Source: an uncultured archaeon (lineage in GTDB: Archaea > Thermoproteota > Nitrososphaeria > Nitrososphaerales > Gagatemarchaeaceae). Taken from it: a DNA stretch of 64,000 nucleotides. The first letter of the stretch is position 1. Every line of letters starts with the position of its first letter. This document shows positions 1 to 9,766 of the stretch, piece after piece. The DNA lies in NCBI GenBank assembly GCA_963817525.1, contig CAWFOU010000007.1, positions 864,001 through 928,000 on the forward strand, given 5' to 3'. The notes under the pieces are model-generated. The model was not told the DNA's origin. It saw only the letters and a program-made list of their open reading frames with translations, and searched no databases. The translations under genes and the position numbers were made by a program.

Positions 1-92
1 TGATATTCAAGAACGGAAGACCTGTCGACGCCGTCATAGGGACCATGCAGGAGGCCCCGCTCGAGCAGCGCATCAGGAAGGCCGCCGGGTAG
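1..92 (+). CDS. Thioredoxin-like protein, C-terminal fragment (partial)
   Basis: Frame from nt 3 reads IFKNGRPVDAVIGTMQEAPLEQRIRKAAG*, typical of a thioredoxin C-terminus; the active site is outside the window. Confidence 0.6.
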   Translation, partial: IFKNGRPVDAVIGTMQEAPLEQRIRKAAG

Positions 93-103
93 CGCGCAAT
101 AAA

Positions 104-859
104 CTATCCAACGCGCGTCCCGTCCAGCAGGAAGATGTCGGCGTCTGCCACGTCGACCGAGCCCGAGGAGAGGATGGGCCCAAAGTCGAAGCCGCCCTTG
201 GCGTTGATCGCCTGCCCCCCCACGAGGTTGTTGAAGGGCGGCATCACGATGAGCTTGCCCTCGCCCCTCTTTTTCGCAGGGTGCCCTGCCTTCTTCAGAA
301 GGTCGGCGATGTCGTAGGAAGCGAAGAGCCAGACCGCTTCCTTGTTCCTCCCCCCGAACCTGTCCCTCATCTCGTAGCGGAAGTGAGAGTGCCCCATCAC
401 GATCGTCCTCGAGGAGATGACCTCCTCCGACGGCCACGAGTGGCCGTGCGCGATGCCCACCTTCTTGCGCTGGCCGATGACCGTGCCTTCCACGGGGTGG
501 AGCTTCACCCTGGACGGGAGGAGCGACCCCAGCAGCCCGTCGTGGTTCCCGGGCACCACCTCCACGGCCTGGAAGATGTCGAGGAGGGTGCCGAAGAACC
601 AGGGGATTATCCCCCAGTCGATGTCCTGGACCTTGCCTATCGAGTGCTTGACGTCCCCGACGACTATGACGCGGTTGAGATGGTTCTTCTCCGCCATCGA
701 GTTGATCCTGTCGAGCATCTTCTGCGAGTAGGGCGGGAGCCTGAACCCCTTGGAGGCCATCTCCTTCTCCAGCCCGAGGTGGAGGTCGGAGACCAGGAGG
801 GTGGCGACATCTCCCTCCTTGTGGATGAGCGCCGACTCGTCAGGGACGACCTTGAGCAA
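104..859 (-). CDS. Calcineurin-like metallophosphoesterase (Lhr-associated MPE type)
   Basis: DLH, GD, GNHD, HGH and GHSH metallophosphoesterase motifs; PPFN C-terminal motif. Confidence 0.85.
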   Translation of the reverse strand: MLKVVPDESALIHKEGDVATLLVSDLHLGLEKEMASKGFRLPPYSQKMLDRINSMAEKNHLNRVIVVGDVKHSIGKVQDIDWGIIPWFFGTLLDIFQAVEVVPGNHDGLLGSLLPSRVKLHPVEGTVIGQRKKVGIAHGHSWPSEEVISSRTIVMGHSHFRYEMRDRFGGRNKEAVWLFASYDIADLLKKAGHPAKKRGEGKLIVMPPFNNLVGGQAINAKGGFDFGPILSSGSVDVADADIFLLDGTRVG

Positions 860-903
860 CTCTCGGCCGACGTGCCCGCCGGGACTTTAATCCTTGCACG
901 GGC

Positions 904-1584
904 CTAGCCTATCAGCGGGAGAATCTCGTTCTTGACGTACCCCTTAAAGTCGGGGAGCTCGGTCCTGCTGAAGACCGTCACCACGCAGTTCCTCGTCACC
1001 CCGACCACGTACCCGTACTTCTGGGACTTTACGACGGCGTACCAGATCTTCCCGTGCGTCAGGTAGTCGTTGTAGAGGTTGGTCGCGCCGAGCCCCTCCC
1101 CGTATAGCGAGAGCTTGGAGATGTTGGGTATGTCGACGTCGTCGAAGAAGAGGATCTTCGATTCAACACCGTCTTCGTGGAACCTCTTCAGGGTCTCGGG
1201 CTGGATCCTCCCTTCCACTATCTGGCCGAGGCTCATGAAGAGGGCCTTGCTCATCTCGTTGGCGATATTGTTCGCCCTGCTCTTCTTGTCGAAGATGCTG
1301 AGGAAGAGTTTGTCCCCGAAGAGGTCGAACATGAAGGGCGCCTCGTAGGTCCTCACGATCGAGACCATCTTCCCGTGCTGCTTCACCTGGAAGACCGTGT
1401 CGAACGCGAAGGTCCCCTCGAGGGTCTCCTTGGATATGTCCAGGTCGGTGATCTCCGAGAGGAGGGTGAAGCTGTCTCCTTCGACCCTTACCTCCTGCTC
1501 GAGCTTGAAGTCCTTAAGCTTCGAGGCGACGAGCGGCAGGTTGCGCTCCTCCGCGACGACGAATACCTTAGCGGCGAGGACCAA
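904..1584 (-). CDS. Conserved hypothetical protein
   Basis: Host-like codon usage. Probable TTG start at 1584; the ORF-track extension to 1665 overlaps tnpB. Confidence 0.7.
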   Translation of the reverse strand: MVLAAKVFVVAEERNLPLVASKLKDFKLEQEVRVEGDSFTLLSEITDLDISKETLEGTFAFDTVFQVKQHGKMVSIVRTYEAPFMFDLFGDKLFLSIFDKKSRANNIANEMSKALFMSLGQIVEGRIQPETLKRFHEDGVESKILFFDDVDIPNISKLSLYGEGLGATNLYNDYLTHGKIWYAVVKSQKYGYVVGVTRNCVVTVFSRTELPDFKGYVKNEILPLIG

Positions 1585-1623
1585 GACGCAAGGAGCCTTT
1601 CGGGCATGTTCAAAAGGTAATCG

Positions 1624-1760
1624 GGTTCTACTGCATGTTCTTCGCATTTCGCAGTTTCGAGGCATCGACTCTGAGGATTACCGGCTCCTCTTCACACCCC
1701 GGATTCCCCCTCACTGCTTCACTTGCCTCGCCTTCCTTTGATGAATGGTCGAACCTCAAC
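1624..1760 (-). ncRNA. Putative TnpB omega-RNA (right-end RNA) overlapping the tnpB 3' end; boundaries approximate
   Basis: Low-information protein tail after RuvC-III. The DNA (minus strand GGCGAGGCAAGTGAAGCAGTGAGGGGGAATCC...CCGGTAATCCTCAGAGTCGATGCCTCGAA) resembles, from recall, 3' RNAs of archaeal tnpB loci; position as expected. Confidence 0.5.
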
Positions 1761-2872
1761 CATCCTCTGCTTGAGATATTGAGCACCGCGACCACATCTC
1801 GGTCTCTCCATCTCTTGCAGCGTTCGCACCACAATTGGCGATAGTGTTCCTCATCGCTTTGGATTGGCACTTGGAGTCTCTCCCCGCATCGTGGGCAATC
1901 CATTGTGGTCCCTCTCGTCTCGCCTTTCGTAAGGATGATGACGGGTACTCCCTCCCACGCCGCCTTGTACTCAATCTGTCGTCGTAGTTCGCGGAAAGGC
2001 CACGAGTTCATCTTTCCTCTGAACGATCTTCCCTGTCGATTCCCTCTTCTGTAAAGTTTGCGAATCCCCGAAATGTCCTCCAAGACGATTCCCAGTTTGC
2101 GAATCTTTGCCTCGCTGACGACACGCTTGGAGACTAGGTTTAGGAATTGCCTCGTCCTCTCGGCCCTCCTCTTCCCATATTTCGAGGCAATCTTTCGCCT
2201 GATTCTCACATCAGGGCGCTTTAGGGAACTGATGATACTCCGAGTGTTTTCTCCAAGGCCGACTACCTCGGCCATATCATAAAAAGTCACTATCTCGGCG
2301 TTGCCTGCTGCAAGGTTTCTAAGATTCCTGTCAATTCCCATTGTCCCGAGCGGTTCCTGCTCCGTTTCGGCAACATCCTTCGAGACGCATAGGGAGAGGG
2401 ATTTCTCCGTTAAGGTAAAGGAGCGGACTCGCAAGGCAGCATTCGACAGAAGGGCTTTCGTGTGGGAATTCAGCGGAATCGATTCAAACGTCTCGGCGCC
2501 GAGATGGATCACAAGACGGCCGTTATCGATCTTGAACCCGTAGCATGAGACGAGTAACGGCTTCGAGACGTGCGGTCTCTTAGTGCGGAATCCTCTGTTG
2601 ATTGACTTGCGTCTGGCAGAGAGAATACCCGCCGCCTTGGATATGGCACACAAAGCGTAGCCTGAGAAGCCTCCATAGCGTTCCCTGAGTCGTCCGTATG
2701 AGAGAAGCGACAATTTCTTCATCGACGGCGTTTGGCGGTTGCATCCATTGGCCTCGAATTCCAACCCCTCTCGAATGCAATCGTTGGTCATCTGTCGGAA
2801 GTCTTCCATGACCGACAAAATCCCTGTGTTTGGATGATATCGTTGCTTGATTGACTTCCTTACGAGTACCAT
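1628..2872 (-). CDS. tnpB: TnpB RNA-guided endonuclease (IS200/IS605 superfamily), no tnpA
   Basis: RuvC-I GIDRNLRN, RuvC-II VLEDI, zinc finger CPRC...CERC, RuvC-III RDVVAVLNI; lower GC than flanks. Confidence 0.9.
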   Translation of the reverse strand: MVLVRKSIKQRYHPNTGILSVMEDFRQMTNDCIREGLEFEANGCNRQTPSMKKLSLLSYGRLRERYGGFSGYALCAISKAAGILSARRKSINRGFRTKRPHVSKPLLVSCYGFKIDNGRLVIHLGAETFESIPLNSHTKALLSNAALRVRSFTLTEKSLSLCVSKDVAETEQEPLGTMGIDRNLRNLAAGNAEIVTFYDMAEVVGLGENTRSIISSLKRPDVRIRRKIASKYGKRRAERTRQFLNLVSKRVVSEAKIRKLGIVLEDISGIRKLYRRGNRQGRSFRGKMNSWPFRELRRQIEYKAAWEGVPVIILTKGETRGTTMDCPRCGERLQVPIQSDEEHYRQLWCERCKRWRDRDVVAVLNISSRGWLRFDHSSKEGEASEAVRGNPGCEEEPVILRVDASKLRNAKNMQ

Positions 2873-3054
2873 GAGGGAACACGCTGTTTTACTATTTAAT
2901 GACCAACGAGGGTTGAGTTGACACCAATATTCGCGGGACTTTCGTCGCCGAGGCGGTAACCGACCGCCCTGTTTCGGCCCTTCCTAGACCATATGCCTAA
3001 AATACCATCGAGGTTTTGGAAGTTTTGCACGATTTGTCCGGACCTTACGAAGAG

Positions 3055-5067
3055 ATGTCGACAGAGCAGGAAAAGACATTCTCCCCGCCCATCAAGGAGA
3101 TAATCCTAGAGAACTTCATGAGCTACGAGTATGCCAGGATCCCGCTCAACCAGGGTCTTAACCTCATAGTCGGTCCCAACGGCGCGGGCAAGTCCTCGGT
3201 CCTCCTCGCCATCTCGGTCGCCTTCGGCCAGGCCTACACCGAGCGCTCGAGGAAGCTCAGCGACCTCATCCGGAGGGGGAAGGATATAGCCCGAGTCTCC
3301 CTCATCTTCGACAACAGGGTGAGGGAAGGGAAGAGGCCCATCCCCTATTCAAAGGCGGACACCTTCATGCTGTCCCGCTACCTCCGCAAGGACGGCTCCT
3401 ACTGGTATGAGGCAGACTACAAGGAGATCGACAAGAGCGAGGTCGTCAGGCTCCTCCGCGAGTTCGGGATAAACCCCGACAACCTCCTCATCATCATGCA
3501 CCAGGGTATGATAGAGGAGCTGGGCGCCATCTCCCAAGAGCAGCGCTTGGCGATGGTCGAGGAGGCCGTGGGCTTCCGCGAGTACAGGGAGAGGATTCTC
3601 GGCGCCGAGGCCGACCTCAACAGCATGGTCAGCGAGGAGGGCTCGCTGGTCCAGTTGATCGACAACGCGAACCAGACGATCGAGTACTGGAAGCAGATCT
3701 ACGACCGATACCTCGAGAAGAAGAGGCTCCAGGAGCACAGGATCCTCCTCGAGCGGGAACTCCTCTGGGCGCAGGAGGGGAAGCTCTCCCGTTCGCTCGC
3801 GTCTATCGGGGAGAGGCTCGAGGCCAAGCGCGAGTCCCTGGCCGACCTGAGGGATCAGCAGAAGAAGGCCGGGACCGAGGCGGAGGCCCACCGCGCCGCC
3901 CTTGGCGAGAGGCAGGTCGAGGTCAGGAAGCTGTACGGGGCGCTCATCAGGGCCGAGAGGGAGCGCGCGGGGCTAGAGTCCGCCCGCGACGCGATGAAGG
4001 GGCTCAACGAGGAGCTGCAGACGCTCAGCAGAGACCTAGACGACCTCGTCAACAGCCCCGGCGCCCAGCTCGACCTCAACAGGTCGAAGAGGATCGAGGA
4101 GTTCATCGAGTTCGCCTCGAAAAAATCGAGCGCCGACTCGGAGGAGGCAGGGCGCAAGAAGACCGACCTGGACAGGGAGGTCGCCTCGCTCCAGTCAGAG
4201 GTGGGGGGCGTCGAGGACGCGATCAGAAAGCTCACCGAGGACTACATCTCGCAGCGCGTGAGGTTCGAGGTCCTCGAGTACAGGACCAAGGTCACAGAGT
4301 CGGAGATACGGGAGCTCGAGAGGTCCGAGAGGGAGGTGAGGGGCGAGCTGGACGCGATGAAGCCCGACATGGACAAGGCGGGCGAGAGGATACTCACCCA
4401 GAGGGCACCCTACGAGGTCTCCGAGGAGCTCAAGCTCGTCTCAGCCCAGCTGCAGAAGCTCCAGGACCTCCCCGACGACGCGGAGAAGATCTACAGGGAC
4501 TACACCGGGAACCTCGAGGGGCTAAAGGGCAAGCTCCAGGAGCTCCAGGACAACAAGAAGCTCATGCTCAAGGAGCTCGAGGAGAGGAAGAAGGCGTGGA
4601 AGAACGCGGTCCAAACCCTCATCGACGAGGTCGCGCCCATCTACCAGCAGGTGCTCTCGACGGTCGGCGCCACGGGCGCGATAAGGCTCGACGATGGCGG
4701 CAGCGTGGCTGAGGCCGGGCTGCAGCTCCTGGTGGGGTTCAAGGGCGCCGAGCCTTCCATCCTCGACCCCTACACGCAGAGCGGGGGCGAGAGGTCCGTC
4801 GCACTCGTAGCCTTCATGCTCTCGCTGCAGAGCAGGATAATCTCGCCGCTGCGGGCGATGGACGAATTCGACATCCACATGGACCCGCGCAACAGGGAGG
4901 CAATCTTCAAGATGATACTCGCCCAGGGCAAGAAGAACCCCAACTCGCAGCACATCGTGATCACTCCGTCGATAATCACGGTGGCGGACAGGAGCGCCCA
5001 CGTCATCACCGTCCAGTCGGTGCACGGCTCGTCTCAGGTGAAGGAGTATTCAAGCGCCGGAAGATAG
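3055..5067 (+). CDS. Short SMC-family ATPase (Smc5/6-like, ClsN/archaea-specific SMC-related type)
   Basis: ENFMSY, Walker A GPNGAGKSS, long coiled coil, signature QSGGERS, Walker B/D-loop MDEFDIHMD. Alternative TTG start at 3016. Confidence 0.88.
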   Translation: MSTEQEKTFSPPIKEIILENFMSYEYARIPLNQGLNLIVGPNGAGKSSVLLAISVAFGQAYTERSRKLSDLIRRGKDIARVSLIFDNRVREGKRPIPYSKADTFMLSRYLRKDGSYWYEADYKEIDKSEVVRLLREFGINPDNLLIIMHQGMIEELGAISQEQRLAMVEEAVGFREYRERILGAEADLNSMVSEEGSLVQLIDNANQTIEYWKQIYDRYLEKKRLQEHRILLERELLWAQEGKLSRSLASIGERLEAKRESLADLRDQQKKAGTEAEAHRAALGERQVEVRKLYGALIRAERERAGLESARDAMKGLNEELQTLSRDLDDLVNSPGAQLDLNRSKRIEEFIEFASKKSSADSEEAGRKKTDLDREVASLQSEVGGVEDAIRKLTEDYISQRVRFEVLEYRTKVTESEIRELERSEREVRGELDAMKPDMDKAGERILTQRAPYEVSEELKLVSAQLQKLQDLPDDAEKIYRDYTGNLEGLKGKLQELQDNKKLMLKELEERKKAWKNAVQTLIDEVAPIYQQVLSTVGATGAIRLDDGGSVAEAGLQLLVGFKGAEPSILDPYTQSGGERSVALVAFMLSLQSRIISPLRAMDEFDIHMDPRNREAIFKMILAQGKKNPNSQHIVITPSIITVADRSAHVITVQSVHGSSQVKEYSSAGR

Positions 5068-5095
5068 GGAGCGCGACAAGAAGCTCGAGGACATA

Positions 5096-5818
5096 TTGCG
5101 CCTCATAGAGTTGTGTCGCAACATTCAGTCATCGAGCGTCAACCCCTTCGAGGTCGACATCAGGGAGAAGCTCCTGGTCCTCAAGAAGCACCTCCCGGAC
5201 TGGGGCGTCATAGACGTGATGCTCAAGGACTCGGAGGCCATGCAGCAGCTGGTCGCCATAGTCAAGCTCCAAGATCAATGGATCAAGCACAGGGCATCGG
5301 CTCTCTACATCGACCCCCTCCTCCTCGAGCTCAAGATCCAGCTGATCACCAAGGATGAGCTCGCCGAGAGCTTTGCAAAGTGCTGGCACCCGATCGCGCA
5401 GCTCGACCAGCTGACCGCGAGGGGCCTCGAGAGGGCCTTCGTCTACTGGAGGGAGCTCGTCCCCTTCAGCGAGAGGTTCAAGGACCAGTTCGGGAACTAC
5501 GGGGAGGCGGCCGGGCTGATTGGGCTGGAGGAGCTCGAGTCGCTCAGCATCTTCACCAAGGAGGAGTTTGCCTCCCGTCTCAGCTCGATCACCAAGGAGC
5601 TGGTCGAGAAGACTGACGGCAAGGAGATTGACTATCGGGGCTTCATCCAGGGCAAGGATCCCGAGGAGACCGCCCTGCGCGGATACCTGATTGCCTTCGT
5701 GGTGACCGAGGGGAGGGCGACCCTCAGGATCGACCCGCTCACCGAGCAGATATTCATCTCGGTGATCCAAGGCAAGCCCGACGACGAGACCAAGTCGGTG
5801 GCGATAGTGGTACGATGA
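5096..5818 (+). CDS. Kleisin/ScpA-like protein
   Basis: Follows the SMC gene; N-terminal VNPFEVDI resembles the ScpA DPWxIDI motif; winged-helix-like C-terminus. May start at ATT 5048 after SD AGGTGAAGG. Confidence 0.6.
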   Translation: MRLIELCRNIQSSSVNPFEVDIREKLLVLKKHLPDWGVIDVMLKDSEAMQQLVAIVKLQDQWIKHRASALYIDPLLLELKIQLITKDELAESFAKCWHPIAQLDQLTARGLERAFVYWRELVPFSERFKDQFGNYGEAAGLIGLEELESLSIFTKEEFASRLSSITKELVEKTDGKEIDYRGFIQGKDPEETALRGYLIAFVVTEGRATLRIDPLTEQIFISVIQGKPDDETKSVAIVVR

Positions 5819-6417
5819 GCGACATCGCGACACCGCCTCCGGCAGAAAGCCCTCAGTCCGAGGCAGCAGCCGAGAGGGCCTCCCTCGACCGCAAGACGAG
5901 GAGGGCCTTCCAGGTCCTGATACTCCAGCGCGGCAGGAACCCCGGCGTGAAGGGGTGGGAGATGCGGCGATACCTAGGCAAGGACTACAAGAAGATCCTC
6001 GAGGTCCTCTCGGACGACCTAAAGGCCCTGGGCCTCGAGGTGCACCAGGTCCCCGGCCCGGAGGGCACTGACGATTCGACGCGCTTCCTCCTCAGGTTCA
6101 GGGACCCTCCCACCCTCACAGAGGCGGAGACGGCCGGGTTCAGGATTGACGACCTAGCCGTGCTTGCCGCGACCATCGCACTCGTGAACTCGAAGCAGGG
6201 AAGGATCTCAAGGAAGGAGTTGGAGAGCTTCCTCAAGGGCAAGTTCCCCCGCTGGAGGATAGACTACTCCGTGGACAGGTACATCAAGCGCGGGTACCTC
6301 GACCAGGACGACAAGGACCTCATCCGCATAGGCTGGAGGACGAGGGCGGAGATCGACGAGAGGTCGCTGATGACCCTCATCCTCGCCCAAGGGACGAAGA
6401 CCGACGTCAAGAAATGA
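5815..6417 (+). CDS. Tandem winged-helix (kite/ScpB/Nse-like) protein
   Basis: ATGA overlap with the upstream gene; two wHTH-like halves ending YIKRGYL...IRIGWRT; size matches kite subunits. Confidence 0.55.
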   Translation: MSDIATPPPAESPQSEAAAERASLDRKTRRAFQVLILQRGRNPGVKGWEMRRYLGKDYKKILEVLSDDLKALGLEVHQVPGPEGTDDSTRFLLRFRDPPTLTEAETAGFRIDDLAVLAATIALVNSKQGRISRKELESFLKGKFPRWRIDYSVDRYIKRGYLDQDDKDLIRIGWRTRAEIDERSLMTLILAQGTKTDVKK

Positions 6418-6426
6418 CTGGTCGCT

Positions 6427-6723
6427 CTACTTCTTGGATTGGAGTTCCTGAACCTTCGCTTCCAAAACGGCCACACGCTGGACCATGTCAAGCTTCTTGT
6501 CCGATTCATCCAATCTCCGATTCGTGCCATCGATTCTCTGGCTCAGCTTTTGATCCAGGTTCTCAATTTTCTGGCTGAGCTTCTGGTCCAAGCTTGTGAG
6601 TTCCGAATGGACGACCCTGAACTCGGCATCCATCTTGGCGTCCAAGGCCTTGATGTCTCCCTTTAGCTCGCTGATCTGTGGAAGAAGAATCCTCTCGAGC
6701 CAGCCCGGAATCTTCTCGGCCAT
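6427..6723 (-). CDS. Small coiled-coil protein
   Basis: Repeated LDQKLSQ (11-residue period); own TATA-like box near 6750-6758. Confidence 0.7.
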   Translation of the reverse strand: MAEKIPGWLERILLPQISELKGDIKALDAKMDAEFRVVHSELTSLDQKLSQKIENLDQKLSQRIDGTNRRLDESDKKLDMVQRVAVLEAKVQELQSKK

Positions 6724-6791
6724 CTGCGTCTACCGATTAGCTCGCCGTGATATTTAACCACCGATGCCAGCGCGAAGAGGAAGACGCAATT

Positions 6792-9716
6792 TCACTGGCT
6801 TACGAAGTACCTGCGCTTGAGGGCCTCCCTCTCGCCCTCTATCACGCAGTCGATTAGGTCCATGCCCGCCTCCTTCCTCTTCTTCAGGAGCGCCGAGACC
6901 TCGGACAGCCTGATCCCCCTCCCCGCGATCAGGTAGAGCGCGTCGTCCCCGAACTCGTTCTTGATTTGCGCCGACCTCTTAAGGTTCTCGAGGACCTTCT
7001 GCGCCTTGCCGTGCATCTGGAGCCTGCTCCTCGCCTTGAGGGTCGCCCCGAAGACCGCCTCGTACGACTCCGTCGTGTACCCTATCGTGTCCTTCCTTCC
7101 GCACCGGGGGCACCTCTCCGCCCCGCCGTCCCCGACCCGCCTCAGCTCGACGTACTCCAAGCAGTTCGTGCAGGCCGCCACGAGGAAGCTCTCCCTGATC
7201 CTCGCCTCCGTCGACTGGCGGATTATCGCCCTGAGCCTCTCTGGCGAGACTATCTCCCCCCTCCTGCTCACCTCCTCCAGCCCTATCCTCGCAATAGGGG
7301 ACGGCGCCCCCTCTGGCTCGAGGACCACTATCTCGATCTCGTTCCCCTGGATCTGCGAGACGATGGCCTCCGCGGCCGCCACGTCAAAGTCGTCGTGGAA
7401 TATCACGCTGAGCGCCTCGTCGTAGACGGGCGTCCCCCTGAGGGCCTCCATCAGCCCGGAGATAGAGACGCTCGCAAAGTCGGCCTCCTTGGCTATCGCG
7501 CCACACTTCTTCGCCACGTGGATCAGGCGGCGCTTGAATATCCCCGACCTCTCCACGGCGGCCCGGGCGAGCTCCTTCATGTCCTTCCCGGCGAGCTCCC
7601 GGATGACCGTCTCCACCAGCCTCGGCGACGTGTCAACCTCGAGGATTATCCTGTAGGGGTCCTGGTGGACCGCGACGGACTGCCCCATCCGCTCGGAGAT
7701 GATGTGCGCGACCACCCGGGCGAGGAGCCTGTTCACCTTGTGCCCGAAGGTCGCCTGGATCACGACGTACTTGTCCCACTTCTCTATCGTGACGAGCCTG
7801 TCTGAGGGGACCGCGAAGCCGAGCGAGGCCTGCTCCTTCACCTCGCTCAGCGAAAGCGTGATGGCCCCTACGTCCACCGGGTAGCGCTCGCGGAGGGACT
7901 CGATGACGGCCTGCTCCCCTCGCCCTCCCGCCCCGAGCGCCTCGGCGTACTCTCTCCTTATCGCCCCGACCTCGAGCGCGACGGGGAGCGGGACGGGTAT
8001 CTCGTCTCCCACCCAGCTGGGGACCGCGCCCGTCGGGTCCTCCTCGGGGGCGACGTAGACCTTGTTCCCGTAGATCTCCAGTATCTTCCAGCACCTCCCG
8101 GCCTCGACGAACTTCACACCTATCTCGCCGTACTCCGAGACGAACGCCTCGTCGAGGACCCCTATCGCCCTGTCCCCCTCGGCGACGACGATGTACTGCT
8201 TCTCGTCGGGTATCATGGAGAGGTTCTCGAAGTAGAACTCGAAGAGCGGCTTGAAGTCCTTCGCCCGCTTGACTATCCCGTCGTTCTCAGTGAAGAAGAG
8301 GAGGCGCGGGTACCTGTCGCGCATGTAAGTGAGGTAGCCCTTCAGCGTCTCGATGCTGAGCGTCGAGTAGGGGTACGTCCTCCTGAGGAGGGCGTAGATG
8401 TCCTCCAGCCTCCACGAGCTAGACTCGATCAGCAGGCCGGATATCTGGTGTATCGCAGCATCGGCCGCGTTGCGGAAGGGGAGGAGCGGCTCGAGCTCCC
8501 CCCGGAGAGACTTCCTGCACAGGACCATCGCCTCGAGCGTGTCATCCGAGTCCTGGGTGATTATCATCCCCTTTGAGATCAAGCCGATCGAGTGCCCAGC
8601 CCTCCCTATGCGCTGGATGAGCCTGGAGACCTGGCGCGGCGAGTTGTACTGGATGACGCAGTCGAGGAACCCGATGTCGATCCCCAGCTCGAGGCTGCTC
8701 GTGCAGATCACCCCTGAGAGCTTGCCCTCCCTGAGGCTCCTCTCGGTCGCCTCCCTGGTAGCCCTGGATAGGGAGCTGTGGTGTATCCCGATGGGGAGCC
8801 TCTCGTTCCAGACCCTGAACCTGTTGGCGAGGGCCTCCGCCTCGGACCTCGTGTTGGTGAATATCAGCGTCGACCTGTTCTGGTCGACCGTGTCCCGGAT
8901 CGTCCTGAGCCTGGCCGCCACCTCGGGGAAGGTGAAGATGCTCTCCGCGAGCGCGACGTCCTCGGCCTCGGGTTGGGGCCTGACCACGGAGAGCTGGAGC
9001 ATCTTCTCCACGGGGACCCTCACTATCTCACAGTCCCTCCCCTCCCCCACCAGGAACTTGCCTATGGTCTCCGGGGAGCCTATCGTGGCCGAGAGCCCGA
9101 CGAGCTGGAACTCCCTCCCCACCACGCGCCTGAGCCTCTCCAGGGCTATCGAGAGCTGGCTCCCCCTCTTGTCCTCGGCCAGCTCGTGGATCTCGTCGAC
9201 CACCACCCACCTGAGCTTCGTCAGCCCGTCCCTGATCCTCCTCCCGGTGAGGAGCGCCTGGAGGGTCTCCGGCGTGGTGATGAGTATGTCGGGCGGGACC
9301 ATGCTCTGACCTGCCCTCTCCCGGGCCCCTGTGTCGCCGTGCCTGACCCCGAGCCTGATGTCGAACCTCTTGCACCACCACTGCATCCTCTCGAGCATGT
9401 CCCTGTTGAGAGCCCTGAGCGGCGTGATGTAGAGGAGCTTGATCCCGCTCGTCCGCGCCAGGCCGTTCCTGATCATGTTGTCAAGGATGGGGAGGAAGGC
9501 CGCCTCCGTCTTGCCCGTCCCCGTCGGCGCCATGAGGAGCGCGTTGTGGCCCTCCGCGACGAGCGGGACGAGCCTCATCTGAGGGTCGGTGGGGGTGCTG
9601 AACCCCCTCTCCTCAAGGGCCTTCAGGAGCGGCGGGGAGAACAGCCTCTGGAAGACGTTGCCCTGGTCGCCACTGGGCGCCTTCTCTGTGAGACTAGCCT
9701 CAGGTGTGCCGGACAT
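6792..9716 (-). CDS. lhr: Lhr-like SF2 DEAD/H helicase
   Basis: PTGTGKT, DEIH, LSAT, TSSLELGID, QRIGRAGH; Lhr PSWxG motif; C-terminal zinc finger CTNC...CPRC. Confidence 0.92.
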   Translation of the reverse strand: MSGTPEASLTEKAPSGDQGNVFQRLFSPPLLKALEERGFSTPTDPQMRLVPLVAEGHNALLMAPTGTGKTEAAFLPILDNMIRNGLARTSGIKLLYITPLRALNRDMLERMQWWCKRFDIRLGVRHGDTGARERAGQSMVPPDILITTPETLQALLTGRRIRDGLTKLRWVVVDEIHELAEDKRGSQLSIALERLRRVVGREFQLVGLSATIGSPETIGKFLVGEGRDCEIVRVPVEKMLQLSVVRPQPEAEDVALAESIFTFPEVAARLRTIRDTVDQNRSTLIFTNTRSEAEALANRFRVWNERLPIGIHHSSLSRATREATERSLREGKLSGVICTSSLELGIDIGFLDCVIQYNSPRQVSRLIQRIGRAGHSIGLISKGMIITQDSDDTLEAMVLCRKSLRGELEPLLPFRNAADAAIHQISGLLIESSSWRLEDIYALLRRTYPYSTLSIETLKGYLTYMRDRYPRLLFFTENDGIVKRAKDFKPLFEFYFENLSMIPDEKQYIVVAEGDRAIGVLDEAFVSEYGEIGVKFVEAGRCWKILEIYGNKVYVAPEEDPTGAVPSWVGDEIPVPLPVALEVGAIRREYAEALGAGGRGEQAVIESLRERYPVDVGAITLSLSEVKEQASLGFAVPSDRLVTIEKWDKYVVIQATFGHKVNRLLARVVAHIISERMGQSVAVHQDPYRIILEVDTSPRLVETVIRELAGKDMKELARAAVERSGIFKRRLIHVAKKCGAIAKEADFASVSISGLMEALRGTPVYDEALSVIFHDDFDVAAAEAIVSQIQGNEIEIVVLEPEGAPSPIARIGLEEVSRRGEIVSPERLRAIIRQSTEARIRESFLVAACTNCLEYVELRRVGDGGAERCPRCGRKDTIGYTTESYEAVFGATLKARSRLQMHGKAQKVLENLKRSAQIKNEFGDDALYLIAGRGIRLSEVSALLKKRKEAGMDLIDCVIEGEREALKRRYFVSQ

Positions 9717-9766
9717 CTGCAGGTATCAACTGGCCTGTTTCCTTGGTTGCCTAACTACGTTTCGAG

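Noticed and set aside
3055-6417. Wadjet/MksBEFG defence system call
   Set aside because: No JetD/MksG nuclease is present, the gene order is SMC first, and the SMC is short with Smc5/6-like motifs.
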